Shown here one piece after another: positions 10,235 to 25,200 of a DNA stretch of 64,000 nucleotides (position 1 is the stretch's first letter; each line of letters starts with the position of its first letter). Source of the stretch: Setoptus koraiensis (Eukaryota > Animalia > Arthropoda). The stretch lies in NCBI GenBank assembly GCA_048013815.1, contig CM106586.1, forward strand, positions 17,422,001-17,486,000, written 5' to 3'. The notes beneath the pieces were generated by a model that ran no database searches, was not told where the DNA came from, and worked only from the letters and a program-made list of their open reading frames with translations. A program made the position numbers and the translations under genes.

Positions 10235-13200
10235 TAATCACCCCACACAAATCACAAACAAAAACACAAAACCAAAGCAAACAACACATCAAAACACAAA
10301 CACAACAAATCACAACAAAGCAAAAAACAAAAACAAATCAAAAACAACAAAACATCAAAACCAAAAAACATCAACACAAACAACAAATCACACACGAAAC
10401 ACAAAACAAATCACACAAACACACACACACCAACAAACCAAAAAACACAATCAAACAAATCACAATCAAAACTCAACAAAAAACAACAACAAACAACAAC
10501 AACACCAACAAACAAACAACATCAAAAAAACCAAAAAACATCATCAACTCAAAAACAACCAAAAACATACCAAGAAAAACAACACAAAAACAACACCACA
10601 CACAACACAAAACAAAACAACAACCAAATCAACAACACACAAAACCAATCAGAACAAACAATCACACCACAAGCACAACAATCAAAAAACCAAAAAACCA
10701 AGAAACACAAAAACAAAACAAAAACAAACAAACAAACAACAAAACAAAAAAAACAACAACAAAAACAACAACAACAAACACAACAACAAAAAAAACAACA
10801 ACAAAAACAAAAAACAAACAAATACAAAACAAAACAACACAAAACAAACAAACACAAAAAAACAAAAACAAACACAACAACAAAAAACACAAACAAACAA
10901 CAAAAAAACAAACAACCAAAAAAACAAAAAACAACAAAAAAAAACAACACAACAAAAAACAACACAAACAAAAAAAACAAAAAAAAAAAAAACAAAAACA
11001 AAAAACAAAAACAACAAAACAAAAAAAACAACAAAAAAAACAACAAAAAAACAACAAAACAACAAACACAACAACAAAAACAACAAAACAACAAAAAACA
11101 AACAAAAACAAAACAACAAAAAACAACAAACAAACAAACAAAAAACAAAACAAACAAACAACAAACAAAAACAACAAAACAAAAAACAACAAACAAAACA
11201 AACCACAAAAAAAAAAAAAAAAACAACAAAACAACAAACAACAAAAAACAACAAAACCAAAAACACAAACAACAACAAAAAACACAAAAAACAAACAACA
11301 AAACAAAAAAACAACAAAACAAAAAACACAACAAAAAAAACACAAACAAACAACAAACAAAAAACAAAAACAACACAACAAAAAACACAAAAACAAACAA
11401 CAAAACACAACAACACAAAACAAAAACAAAACAAAACAACAAAACAACAAACACAAAAACAAACACAAAAAACAACAAAAACAAAACAACAAAACACAAA
11501 CAAAACAAAAAAACAACAAAAAAACAAACACAAACAAAACAACAAACAAAAACAACAAAACACAAACAAAACAAAAACAACACAAAAACAAACACACAAA
11601 CAACAAAAACAACACAAAAAACAAAACAACAACAAAAAACAAAACAACAAACAACAAAAAAACAACACAAAACAAACAAACAAAAACACAAAAAAACAAC
11701 ACAAACAACAAACAACACAACAAAACAAAACAACAACAAAAAAAAAACAACAAAACAAAACAAAAACAACAAAAACAAACAAAAACATAAAACATAAAAC
11801 ATAAAACAAACAAACAACAAAACAAAACACAAACAAACAACAAAACAAAAACAAAACAAAAAAACAAAACAACACAAACAAACAAAACACAAACAAAAAC
11901 AAACACAACAAAACAAACAACAAAACAACAAACACAAAAAAAACAAAAACACAACACAACAAAACACAAAAACAACAAACAAAAAAAAAAAACAACAACA
12001 AAACAACAAAAACAACAAACAACAAAAACAACAAAAACAACAAAAACAACAAAAAAAACAACAACACAACAACAATCAAAACAAACAAACAAACAAAAAA
12101 ACAAAACAAAACACAACACAAACAAAAAAACAAACAAAAAACAAAACACAAACAAACAAACAAAAAAACAACAAAAAAAAACAACAAAACACAAAACAAA
12201 ACAACAAACAAAAAAACAACAACAAAAAAACACAAAAACACAAAACAAAACAACAAACAAAAACAAAACAACAAACAACAACAAAACAAACAAAACACAA
12301 AACAACACAAAAAACAAACAAACAACAACAAAACAACAAACAAAAAAAAACAAAAACACAAAACAACAAAAACAAACAAAAACAACAACAAAAAAACAAA
12401 ACACAACAAAAAAAAACAAAACACAACAAAAACAACAAAACAACACAAAACAAAAAACACAAAACAACAAAACAACAACAAACAACACAAAACAAACAAA
12501 ACAAACAACACAAAAAAAAACACAAAAAACAACAACAACAAAACAAACAACAAAAAACAAAAACAAAACAACAAACAAAAACAAACACAAAACAAAAACA
12601 AACAACAACAAAAAACAAACAAAACACAAAAACAAAAAAACAAACACAAAAAACAAAAAACAACAAAACAACAAAACAAAACAAAACAAACACAAAAAAC
12701 AACAACAAAACAAAACAAACAAAAAAAAACAAAAAACAGCAAACAAAACAAAACACAACAAAAAAAAAAAAAAAAAAAAACAAAACAAAAACAAACAAAA
12801 AACAACAAAAAACAAACAAACAAAAAACAACAAACAACAAAACAACAAAAAAAAACAAAACAACAACAAAACACAAAAAACAAACAAACAAAAACAAAAC
12901 ACAAACACAAAAAAACAAACACAAAACAAAACACACACAAAAAAACAAAAACAAAAAAAAAAAAAAAACAAAAACAAAACAAACAAACCAAACAACAAAA
13001 ACAACACAAACACAAAAAACAAAAAAAAACAAAAACAAACAACAACAAAAAACAAAAACAACAAAAACAAAACAAAACAAACAAAACAACATCAAACAAA
13101 ACAAAAAAACAAAACAAACAAAAACAACAAAACAAAACAACAAAAACAAACACAAAAACAACAAAAAACAAACAACAAACAAAAACAAAAACACAAACAA

Positions 13201-16200
13201 AACAAAAACACAAAAAAACAAAACAACAACAAACAAAAACAACAAAAAAAACACAAAAAACACAACAAAACAAAACAACAAAAAACAACAAAACAAAAAC
13301 ACAAACAAAAAACAAAAAAAACACAAAAAAAAAAAAAAACAAAACCAACACAAACAAAACACAACAAAAAACAAACAAAAACAACACAACAAACACAAAA
13401 CAACAAACAAAAACAAACAAAACAAACAACAAACACAAAAACAAAACAAAAAACAAAAACAAAACAAAAAACACAAAACAACAACAAACAACACAAAACA
13501 AAACAAACAACAAAACAAACAACAAAACAAACAAAAAACAAACAAAACAACAAACAAAACAACAAAACAAACAACACAAACACAACAAACAAACACAACA
13601 AAAACAAAACAACAAAAAAAAAACAACAAAAACAAAAACAAAAACAACAAACAAAAAAAAAAAAAACAAAACACAACAAAAACAACAAAACAACAACACA
13701 AACAAAACAACAAACAACAAAAAACAAAAACAAAATCAACAAAACAAAAAACACAAACAACAAAACAAACAAAACAACAAAAACACAAAAACAAAACAAA
13801 CAAAAAACAAACAACAAACAAAACAAAACACAAAACAAACAACAAACAAACAAAAAAAAACACAAACAAACAAACAACAAAAAAACACAAAAACAACAAA
13901 ACAAACAAAACAAAACAAACACAACAAACAACAAAACAACAACAACAAAAACAACAAACAAAACAAAACAACAAACAACAAAAAACACAAAACAACAAAC
14001 AAACAAAAACAAAAACAAAACAACACAAACAAACACAACACAAAAACAAAACAACAAAAAACACAAACAAACAACACAAAACAAACAAAAAAACAAAAAA
14101 CAACAAAACAAAAACAAAAAAAAACAACAAAACAAAACAAAAACACAAAAAACAAACAACAAAAACAAAAAAAAAAAACAAACAAAAAACAAAAAAAACA
14201 AAAAAAACAAAAAACACAACAACAAAAACAAAAACAAAAACAACAACAAAAACAACAAACAACAAACAACACAAAACAAAACAACAAAACACAAAAACAC
14301 AAAACAAACAAAACAAAAAAACAACAACAAAACAACAAACAAAACAAACAAAACAAAAAACAAACAACAAAAACAACAAAACAACAAAACAAAAACAACA
14401 AAACAACAACAAAACACAAAACACAAAAAACAAACAACAAAAACACAAAACAAAACACAAACAAAAAAACAAACAAACAAAAAACAAACAAAAACAAAAA
14501 CAACAAACACAAAACAAAAACAACAAAACAAAAAAACACAACACAAAACAAAACAACAAAACAACACAAACAAACAAAAACAAAACAAAACAACAAAACA
14601 AAACACAAAAAATCAACAACACAAACAAAACAAACAAAAAACAACAAAAAACAAAAACAAACACCAAAAACAACAACACAAACAAACACAAAAAACAAAA
14701 ACAAAACAAAAACAACAAACAAAACAACAACAAACAACAAAAAACACAAAACACAAACAAAACAAAACACAAACAAAAAACAAACACAAAACAAACAAAC
14801 AAAACAACAAACAAAAAACAAAACAACAAAAACAAAACAAACAAAACAAAAACAAACAAAACAACAACAAACAACAACAAAAAACAACAAACAACACAAA
14901 ACAAAAAAAACAACAAAACAAAAAACAAACAACAACAAAAAAACACAAAAAACAACAAAAAACAAAATCAACAAAACAACAAAAACAACAAACAAAACAA
15001 AAAACAAAAAAAAACAACAACACAAAAAACAAAACAACAAAAAAAAACAAACAACAAAAAACAACAACAAAACAAAACACAAACACAAACAAAAAAACAA
15101 ACAACAAAAACAAAACAAAAACAACAAAACAAACAAACAAACAAACAAAAACAACAAAACAAAAAACACAAAAACAAACAACAAAACAACAAACAAACAA
15201 AAACAACAAAAACAAAACAACAAACAAACAAAACAAAAAAAAAAAAAAAAAAAACAACAAAAACAAACAAAAAAAAAACAAACAAACAAACAACAAAACA
15301 AAACAACAAAACAACAAACAAAAACAAAACAAACAACAAAAAACAAACAAAAAACCAAAAAAAAACAAAAACAAAACAACAACAAAAACAAAAACAAAAA
15401 CAAACAAACAACAAAACAACAAAAAACAAAACAACAAAACAACACAAAACAAAACCAAAAACAAAAAAAAAAACAACAACAAAACAAAACAAAAAACACA
15501 CACAAAAAAAACAAAAAACAACAAAACAAAACAACAAAAACAAACAAAACAACAAAAAAAAACAACAAACAAAAACAACAAAAAACAAACACAAAAAAAA
15601 ACAAAACAAACAACAAAACAAAACAAAAAACAAAAACAACAAACAAAAAAACAAACAAAAACAAACAACAAACAAACAACAAAACAAAAAAAACAAACAC
15701 CAAAAAAACAAACAAACAACAAAACAAAAACAAAAACACACAACAAAAAAACAAACAACAAAAAACAAACACAAAAAACAACCAACAAACCCAAACAAAC
15801 AAACACAAAAACAAACAAACAACAAACAACAAAACAAAACACAAAAAAAAACCACAAAAAACAAAAACAAAAAACAAAAAACAAAAAAAAAAACAAAAAA
15901 ACAAACAACAAAACAAACCACAAAAACCCAACAAAAAAAAACACACAAAAAAAAAAAAAAAAAAACAAAAACACAAAAAAAAAACAAAACAACAAAAACC
16001 AAAAAACAACAAAAAACAAAAAACAAAACAAACAAAAAAACAAAAACAAACAACAAAAAAAAAAAAACAAAACAAAACAAAAAACAACAAACAAAAAAAA
16101 AAACACCAAAACAAACAAACAAACAAACAAACAAAAAACAAACAAAAAACAAACAAAAAAAAACAAACAAAAAATAAAAAAACAACAAACAAAAAACAAA

Positions 16201-19200
16201 AACAAAAAACAAACACAAAACAACAAACAAAAAACAAAAAACAAACAAAAACAAAAAAAAAAAAAAAACAAAAAACAACACAAAAACAAACAAAACAAAA
16301 ACAACAACAACAAAAAAAAACAACAAAAACAAACAAAAACAAAAACACAAAAAAACAAAACAACAACAAAAAAAAACAAAAAAACAAAAAAACAAAACAA
16401 AAAAACAAAACAAACAAAACAACAAAAACACAACACAAAAACAAACAAAACAAAAAACAAAACAACAAAAACAAAACAAACAAAAAAACAAACAAACAAA
16501 ACAACAAAAAAACAAAACAAAACAAAAAAAAACAAACAAACAAACAACAAACAAAAAACAAAAAACAACAAAAAACAAACAAAAACACAACAAAACAAAA
16601 CAAACAAAAAAACACAAAAAACAACAAAAACAAAAAAAACAAACAAAACAACAAAAACAAAACAAAAAACAAACAAACAAAAAAACAAAAAAACATCAAA
16701 AAAAACAACAAAACAAACAAAAACAAAAAACAAAACAACAAAAAAACACACACCAAAAAAAAACAAAACAAAAACAACAAAACAAAAAAACAAAACAAAC
16801 AAAAACAAAAACACAACAAAAAAAAACAAAAAAACACAACAAAAACAAACAAAAAAAAAAAAAAAAAAAAACAACAAACAAAAACAAACCAACAAAAACA
16901 ACACAAAACAAAAACAAACAAAAAAACAAACACAAAAAACAACAAACAAAACAAAAAAAAACAAAACAACAAAAAACAACAAAACAAACAAACAACAAAC
17001 AACAAAAAAAAAAAAAAAAAAACAAAAAACACAAAAACAAACAACAAACAAACAAACAAAAACAAACAAAACAAAAACAAAAAACAAAAAACAAATTCAA
17101 AACAAAAAAACAACAAAACAAAACACAAAACAACAAAACAAAAAAAAACACAAAACAAAAACAACAAAAAACAAACAACAAAAAAACAAAAAAAAACAAA
17201 ACAACAAACAACAAAAACAAAAAACAAACACAAAAACAAAAACAAAAAACAAAAACAAAACAATCAAAAAAAACAAACAAAAAACAAACAAAACAAAAAA
17301 AAAACCACAAACAAAAACAAAAACAAAACAAAAAAAACAAACAAAAAACAAAACACAAACAACAAAAAAAAAAAAAAAACAACAAAAAAAAACAAAAAAC
17401 AAACAAAAAACAAACAAACAAAAACAAAAACAAACAAAAAACAAAAACAAAACACAAAAAGACAAAAAAAAAAAAAAAAACCCAAAAAAAACAAACAAAA
17501 AACAACAAAACAAACAACAAAAAACAACAAAAAAACAAAAACACAACAACAAAAAACAAAAAAAAACAAAACAAACAAAAAAACAAACAAAAAACAAAAC
17601 AAACAACAAAAAAAAACAAAAACAAACAAAAAAACAACAACAAACAACAAAAAAAAACAAACAAAAAAAAAAAAAAAAACAACAAAAAAAACAACAAAAC
17701 AAAAAAAAAAAAAACAACACAAAAAACAAAAACAACAAAAAACAAAAACAAAAAACAAAAAAACAAACAAAACAAAAAAAAACAAAACAAAAAAAACAAC
17801 AAAAAAACAAACAAACAAAAAACAAAAAAAACAAAAAAAAACAAACAAAAACAAAAAACAAAAACAAAAAAAAACAAAAAAACAAAACAAAAAAACACAA
17901 AAACAACAAAAAACAAAAAAAAACAAACAAAAACAACACAAAAAAAAACGAAAAACAAACAAAAAAACAAAACAAAAAACAAAAAAACAAACAAACAAAC
18001 AAAAAACAAAAAACAAAAAAATAAAACAAAAAAAAAAAAAACAAAAAACAACAAAAACAGAACAAACAAAAAACAAAAAAAAAACCACAAACAAAACAAA
18101 AAACAAACAAAAAAAAAAACAAAAAACAAAAGATGAAGAAACAAAAAAAACAAAACACAAAAAACAAACAACACAAAAAAAAACAAAAAACACAAACAAA
18201 AACAACAAAAAAAAAAAACACAACAAAAAAAACAACAAAAAAAAAAAAAACAACAAAAAACAAAACAAAAAACACAAAAAAAAAAAAAAAAAAAAACTAA
18301 AAAAAAACCAAGAAAACAAAAAACAAACACAAAAAAAAAAACAAAAACAAAAACACAAAAAAAACAAAAACAACAAAAAAAACAAACCAAAAAAACAAAC
18401 CAAAAACAAAAAACAAAAAAAACCAACACAAAAACAAAAAAACAAACAACAAAAAACAAAAAAAAAAAAAGGAAAAAACAAAAAAAAAAACCAAAAAAAA
18501 AAAAAAAACAACAAACACAAAAAAAAACAAAAAAACCCCCCAAACAAAAACAAAAAAAACAAAAAAAAACAAACAACACAAACAAAAAAAAACAACAAAA
18601 AACAAAACAACAAAACAACAAATCAAAAAAAAACAAAAAACAAAAAACAAAAAAACAAAAAAAAAAAAACAAAAAAACAAAAAAACAAACAAAAACAAAA
18701 AAACAAAACAAAAACAAAAAACACACAAAAACAAACAAAACAAAAAACAAACAACAAAAAAAAAAAAAAAAAAAACAAAAAACACAAAAACAAACAAAAA
18801 ACAAAAAGAGCAAGGACAGCACACAAAGAACAACACAAACCAAAAAAAACAAACAAAAAAAAAAAAAAAAAACAAAAAAACAAAAAAAAACAAAAAAAAA
18901 CAAACCCAACAAAAAACACAAACAAAAAAACAAAAACACAAAAAAAAAAAAAACACAAAAAAACAAACAAACAACAAAAAAAAAAACAAACAAAAAAACA
19001 AAACAAAAACACACAAAAAAAACTAACAAAAACAAAAACAAAAAAAAACAAAACAAAAACAAAAAAACAAAACAAAAAACAACAAAAACAAAAAAAAAAA
19101 AAAACAAACAAACAAAAAAACAAAAAAAACAAAAATCAAAAACAAAAACAAACAAAAAACACAAAAAAACAAAAAAACAACAAAAAAACAACAAAACAAC

Positions 19201-22200
19201 AACAAACAAACAAAAAAAACCAAAAAAACAAAAAAATAAAAAACAAAACAAAACAAAAAAACAAAAACAAAAACAAAACAAAAAAAAAAAAAAAAGACAA
19301 AAATAAAAACAACAAAACAAAACAAAACAAAAAACAAAACAAAACAAAAAACAAAAACAAAAACAAAACAAAAAACAAAACAAACAAAAAAAACAAAACA
19401 AAAACAAAAACAAAAAACAAAAAAAAACAACACAAAAAAACAAACACAAAATAAAAAACCAAAAAAAAAAACACACCAAACAAAACAAAAAAAAACAAAA
19501 AAAAACACAAAAAAACAAAAAAAAACAACACAACAAAAACAAACAAAAAAAAAAAAAAAAAAAAACAAACAAAACAAAAACAAAAACAACAAAACCAACA
19601 ACAACAAAAACAAAAACAACAAAAACAAAAACAAAAAAAACAAAAAAAACAACAAAAACAAACAAAAAACAAAACAAAACAACAACAACAAAAAAAAAAA
19701 CAAAACAAAACAACAAAACAAAACAACAAACAAAACAAAACAAAAAACAACAAAAACAAAACAACAAAAAAAAAGAAAACAAAAAACAAAAAAACAAAAC
19801 AACCCCAAAAAAAAAAAAACAACAAAAACAAGGCAACAAAAAACAAAAACAAAAACAAAAAACAACAAAACAAACAACAAAACAAAAAAACAAATCAACA
19901 AAAAACAAAAAAAAAAAAAATACAAAAAACAAACAAAAAACAAAAAAAAACAAAAAAACAAAACAAAACAAAAAAACAACAAAACAAACAACAAAACAAA
20001 AAAAAATAAAAAACAACACAAAAAACAAAAAACAAAAACAAAAAACAAAAACAAACAAAAAACAAAACAAAACAACAAACAAAAACAAAAACAAAAAAAC
20101 AAAAAAACAACAAAAAAACAAAAAAACAAAAACAAACAAAAAACAAACAAAAACAAACAAAAAACAAAAACAAAAAAACAAAAAACAAACAAAACAAAAA
20201 CAAAAAAAACCAAAAACAACAAAAAAAACAAAACAAAAAAACAAAAAACAAACAAAAACAAAAAACAACAAAAAAACAAACACAAAACAAACAAACAAAA
20301 ACAAAAAAAAACAAAAAAAAACAAACAAAACAACAAAAAAAAACAACAAAAAAACAAAAACAAAAACAAAACAAAAAAAAACAAAACAAAAAACAACAAA
20401 AACAAACAACAACAAAAAACAAACAACAACAAAAAAAACAAAACAAAACAAAAAAAAAACACAAACAAAAACAACAAAAAAACAAAACAAACAACACAAA
20501 AAAACAAACAACAAAACAAACAAAAAACACAAACAAAACAAAAACAAAAACAAACAAACAAACAAACAAACAAAAAAAAACAACAAACAAAAAAAACAAA
20601 AAAAACAAAAACAAAAACAACAACAAAAAAACAAAAAAACAAACAAACAAACAAAAAAACAAACAACAAAACAAACAAAACAAACAAAAAACAACAAAAC
20701 AAAAAAAAAACAAACCAACCAAAACAACAAAAAAAAAAACAAAAAACAAAAAAAAACAACAAAACAACAAAAAAAACAAACACAAACAACAAACAAAAAA
20801 AAAAAACAAAACAACAAACAAAAAAACAAACAACAGAAAAAAAAACACAAAAAAAAAAAAAAACAAAAAAAAAAACAAACAACAAACAAAAAAAACAACA
20901 AAAACAAAACAAACAACAAACACAACAAAAAAAAACAAACAAAAACAAAAACAACAACAAAAACAAACAAAACAACAAAAAAAAAAACAACAACAACAAA
21001 AACAAAAAACAAAAACAAACAAAAACAACAAAAAACAAAAAAACAAAAAAAAACAACAAAACAAAAAACAACAAAAACAAAAAAAACCAAAAACAACAAC
21101 AAAAAACAACAAACAAAAAAAAAAACAACAACCCAAAAAAAACAAAACAACAAACAAACCAAAAAAACAAAACAAAAAACAAAACAAAAAAACAAACAAC
21201 AACAAAACACAAAAACAAAACAACAAAAACAAAAACAAACAAACAAAAAAAACAAAACAACAACAAAACAAAACACAAAAACAAACAACAAACAACAAAA
21301 ACAACACAAAAACAAACAAAAACAAAAAAAAACAACAAAATCAAACAAAACAAAAAAAACAACAAACAACAAAAACAACAAAAAACAACAAAAAAAAAAA
21401 ACAAAAAAAACAAAAACCAAAAAAAAAAAAAACAACACAACACAAACACAAAACAAACAACAAACAACAAAAACACAACAAAAAAAAACAAAAAACAAAA
21501 AACAAACAAAAAACAAAAAACAACAAACAACAAAAAAAAACAAACAAAACAAAAAACAAACAAAACAAAAAAACAAACAAAAACAACAAAAACAAAACAA
21601 AAACAAAACAACCCACCAAAACACAAACAAAAAAAAAAAAAACAACAAAAAAAACAAAAACAACAAAACAAAACAAAACAAAACAAAGAAACAAAACAAA
21701 AACAAAAAACAAAAACAAAAACAAAAACAAAAACAAAAACAAAAAAAACAAAACAAAAAAAAACAAAAAAACAAAAACAAAAAACAAAAACAAAACAAAA
21801 AAAAAAAACAAAAACAAAAAAACAACAAACAAAACAAAAAAAAACAAACAAAAAACAACAAAAAAAACAACAAAAACAACACAAAAAACAAAAAAAACAA
21901 CAAACAACAAAAACAAAAAAAAACAAAAACAACAAACAAAAACAAACAAAAACAAAAAAAAACCAAAAACACAAAAAACAAAAAAAAAAAAACAAAACAA
22001 AACAAACAACCACAAAAAACAAAAACACACAAAAAACAACAAAAACAAAAACAAAAACAAAAACAAACAACAACAAAAACAACAAAAAAAACAAAACAAA
22101 ACAAACAAAAAAAAACAAAAAACAACAAAAAACAAAAAACAAACAAAAAAACAACAAAAAAACAAACAAAAAACAAAACAACAAAAAAACAAAAACAAAA

Positions 22201-25200
22201 AAACAACAAAAAATCAAAAACAACAAACAAAAAAACAAAACAACAAAACAACAAAAAAACAAAAAACAAAACAAAACAAAAAAACAAACAAAAAAACAAA
22301 AAAAAAACAAACAAAAAAACAAACAAAAAAAAAAAAAAAAAACACAACAAAAAACAAACAAACAAAAACAAACAAAACAAAACAAAAACAACAAAAACAA
22401 CACAACCAAAAACAACAAAAAAAAACAAAAACAAAAAAACAAAAACAAACAAAACAAAAACAAAAAACAACAACAAAAAAAACAAAAAAACACAACAAAA
22501 CAAAAACAAAAAAACAACAAACAAAAAAAAACAAACAAACAACAAACAACAAAAAAACCAAAACAAAAACACAAAAAACAAAAACAAAAAACAAACAACC
22601 AAAAAAAAAAAAACAAAACAAAACAAACAAACTAATAAAAAATAAAAAACAAAACAAAAAACAAACAAAAAAACAACAAACAAAACAAAAAACAAACAAC
22701 AAAACAAAACAAAAAAAAAAAAACAAAAACAACCAAAAAAAAAAAAAAAAAAAACAACAACAACAAAACAAAAAACAACAAAAACAAAAAAAAAAAAAAA
22801 AAAACAAAACAAAAAACAACAAAAACAAACCAACAAAAACAAACAAAAACCAAAACAAAACAAAAACACAAACAAACACAAAAAACAAACAAAAACAAAC
22901 AAAAACACAAAACAACAAACAAACAAAAAACAAAACAAAAAAAAAACAACACCAACAAAAAAAAAAAAAAAAACAAAAACAACCAAAAAAAAACAAACAA
23001 AAAAAAAACAAAACAAAACAAAAAACACAACAAAAAAAAACAAAAAACAAAACAACAAAACAAAACAAAACAAACAAAAAAAAACAAAACAAAACAAAAA
23101 CAAAAACAACCAAAACAACAAACAAAAAAAAAAAAAAAACAAACAAAAACAAACAAAAAACAAACAAAACAAACAAAAACAAAAACAAAAAAACAAACAC
23201 AAACAACAAAAAAAAAAAAAAAACAAACAAAAAAAAACAAACAAAAAAAAAAAAAAAACAAACAAAAACAAAACAAAAACAAAAAAAACAAACAAAAACA
23301 CACAAAAAACACAAACAAAACAAAAACAAACACAAACAAAAACAACAAAAAACAAACAACAAAAAACAAACAAACACACAAAACAAACAAAAACAAAAAA
23401 AAAAACAAAAAACAACACAAAAAAAACAAACAAACAACAAAAACAAAAAACAAACAAAACAACAAAAACAAAAAACAAAAACACAAAACAAAAAAAACAA
23501 AACAACAAAACAAAACAAAAAACAACAACAAAAAACAAAAACAAAACAACAAAACAAAAACAACAAAAAACAACAAAACAAAAAAACAAACACAAAACAA
23601 AACAAACAAACAAAAAAACAAAACAAAAACAAACAAAATAAAACAAAAACAACAAAAAACAAAAACAACAAACAAACAAAAAACAAAAAAACAAAAAAAA
23701 CAACACAAAACAAACAAAAAAACAAAACAAAACAAAACAAAAAACAACAAACAAAAAACACAAAAACAACAAAACAACAAAAACAAACAACAAAAAACAA
23801 AACAAACAAAAAAAAACACAAAACACAACAAAACAACAAAAAAAAAAAAACAAAAACAAACAAAAACAACAAAAACAAAACAAAAAACAAACAAAAACAA
23901 AACAAAAACAAAACAAAAAACAAACAAAACAAAAAACAAAAACAAAACACAAAAACAAAACAACAAAACAACAACACAAAAAAAACACAAAACAAACAAA
24001 AAAACAACAAAAACAAACAAAACAAAAAAAAAAAAACAAACAAACAAAACCCAAAAACCAAAAAAAAAAAAAAAACAACACAAACAAAAAAAACAAAAAC
24101 AACAAAAAAAAAAACAACACCAACAACAACAACAACAAAAAAAAAAACAACAAAACAACAAACAAAAACAAACAAAAAAAAACAACAAAAACAAAAACAA
24201 CAAAAACAAAAACAAAAACAAAACAAAAAAACAAACAAAAAAAAACAAAAACAAACACAACAAAAAAACAAAAAACAAAACAACACAAAAAAAAACCAAC
24301 AAAACAACAAAAAAAAAAAACAAACAAAAAACAAACAAAAACCCAACAACAAAACAAACAACAAAACAACAAAAAAAACAAAAAAAAAAAAAAACAAAAA
24401 AACAAACAAAAAACAAAAAAAACAAACAACAAAACAACAACAAAAAACCAACAAACAAACAAAACAAAAACAAAACAAACAAACAAAAAAAAACATAAAA
24501 CAGAAAACAAACAAACAAACAAAAACAACAAAAAACAAAACAAAATCAAAAAAAAACAAACAAAAAACAAAAAAAAACAAACAAAAAACACACAAAAACA
24601 AAAAAACAAACAAACAAAAACAAAAAAACAAAACAACAAAAAAACAACAAAACAAAAAAACAAAACAAACAAAAAACACAAAAAAACAAACAAAAACAAA
24701 CACAAACAAAACAACAAAACCAAAAACAAAAAAACAAACAACAAACAAAAACAACCAAACAAAAAAACAAACACCCAAACAAAAAAAAACAACAACAAAC
24801 AAAAAACAACAAAACAAACACAAAAAAAAACAAACAAAACAAAACAACAACAAAACAAACAAACAAAAAACAAACACAAACAAACAAAAACAAAACAAAC
24901 AAAAAAACAAAAAAACAAACAACAAACAAAAAAAAACAACAAAAACAAAACAAACAAAAAACAAAAACAAAAAAAAAAAAACACAAAACAAAAAAACACA
25001 AACAAAAAACAAAAAAACAAACACAAAACAAACAAAAAACAAACAAAAACAAAAACAAAAAACAAACAAACAAAACAAACAAAACAAAAACAAAAACAAA
25101 AAAACAAACAAAAAACAAAAACAAAACACAAAACAAAAAAACAAAAAAAAAAAAACAACAAAAAACAACAAAACAAAAACAAAAACAAAAACAACAACAA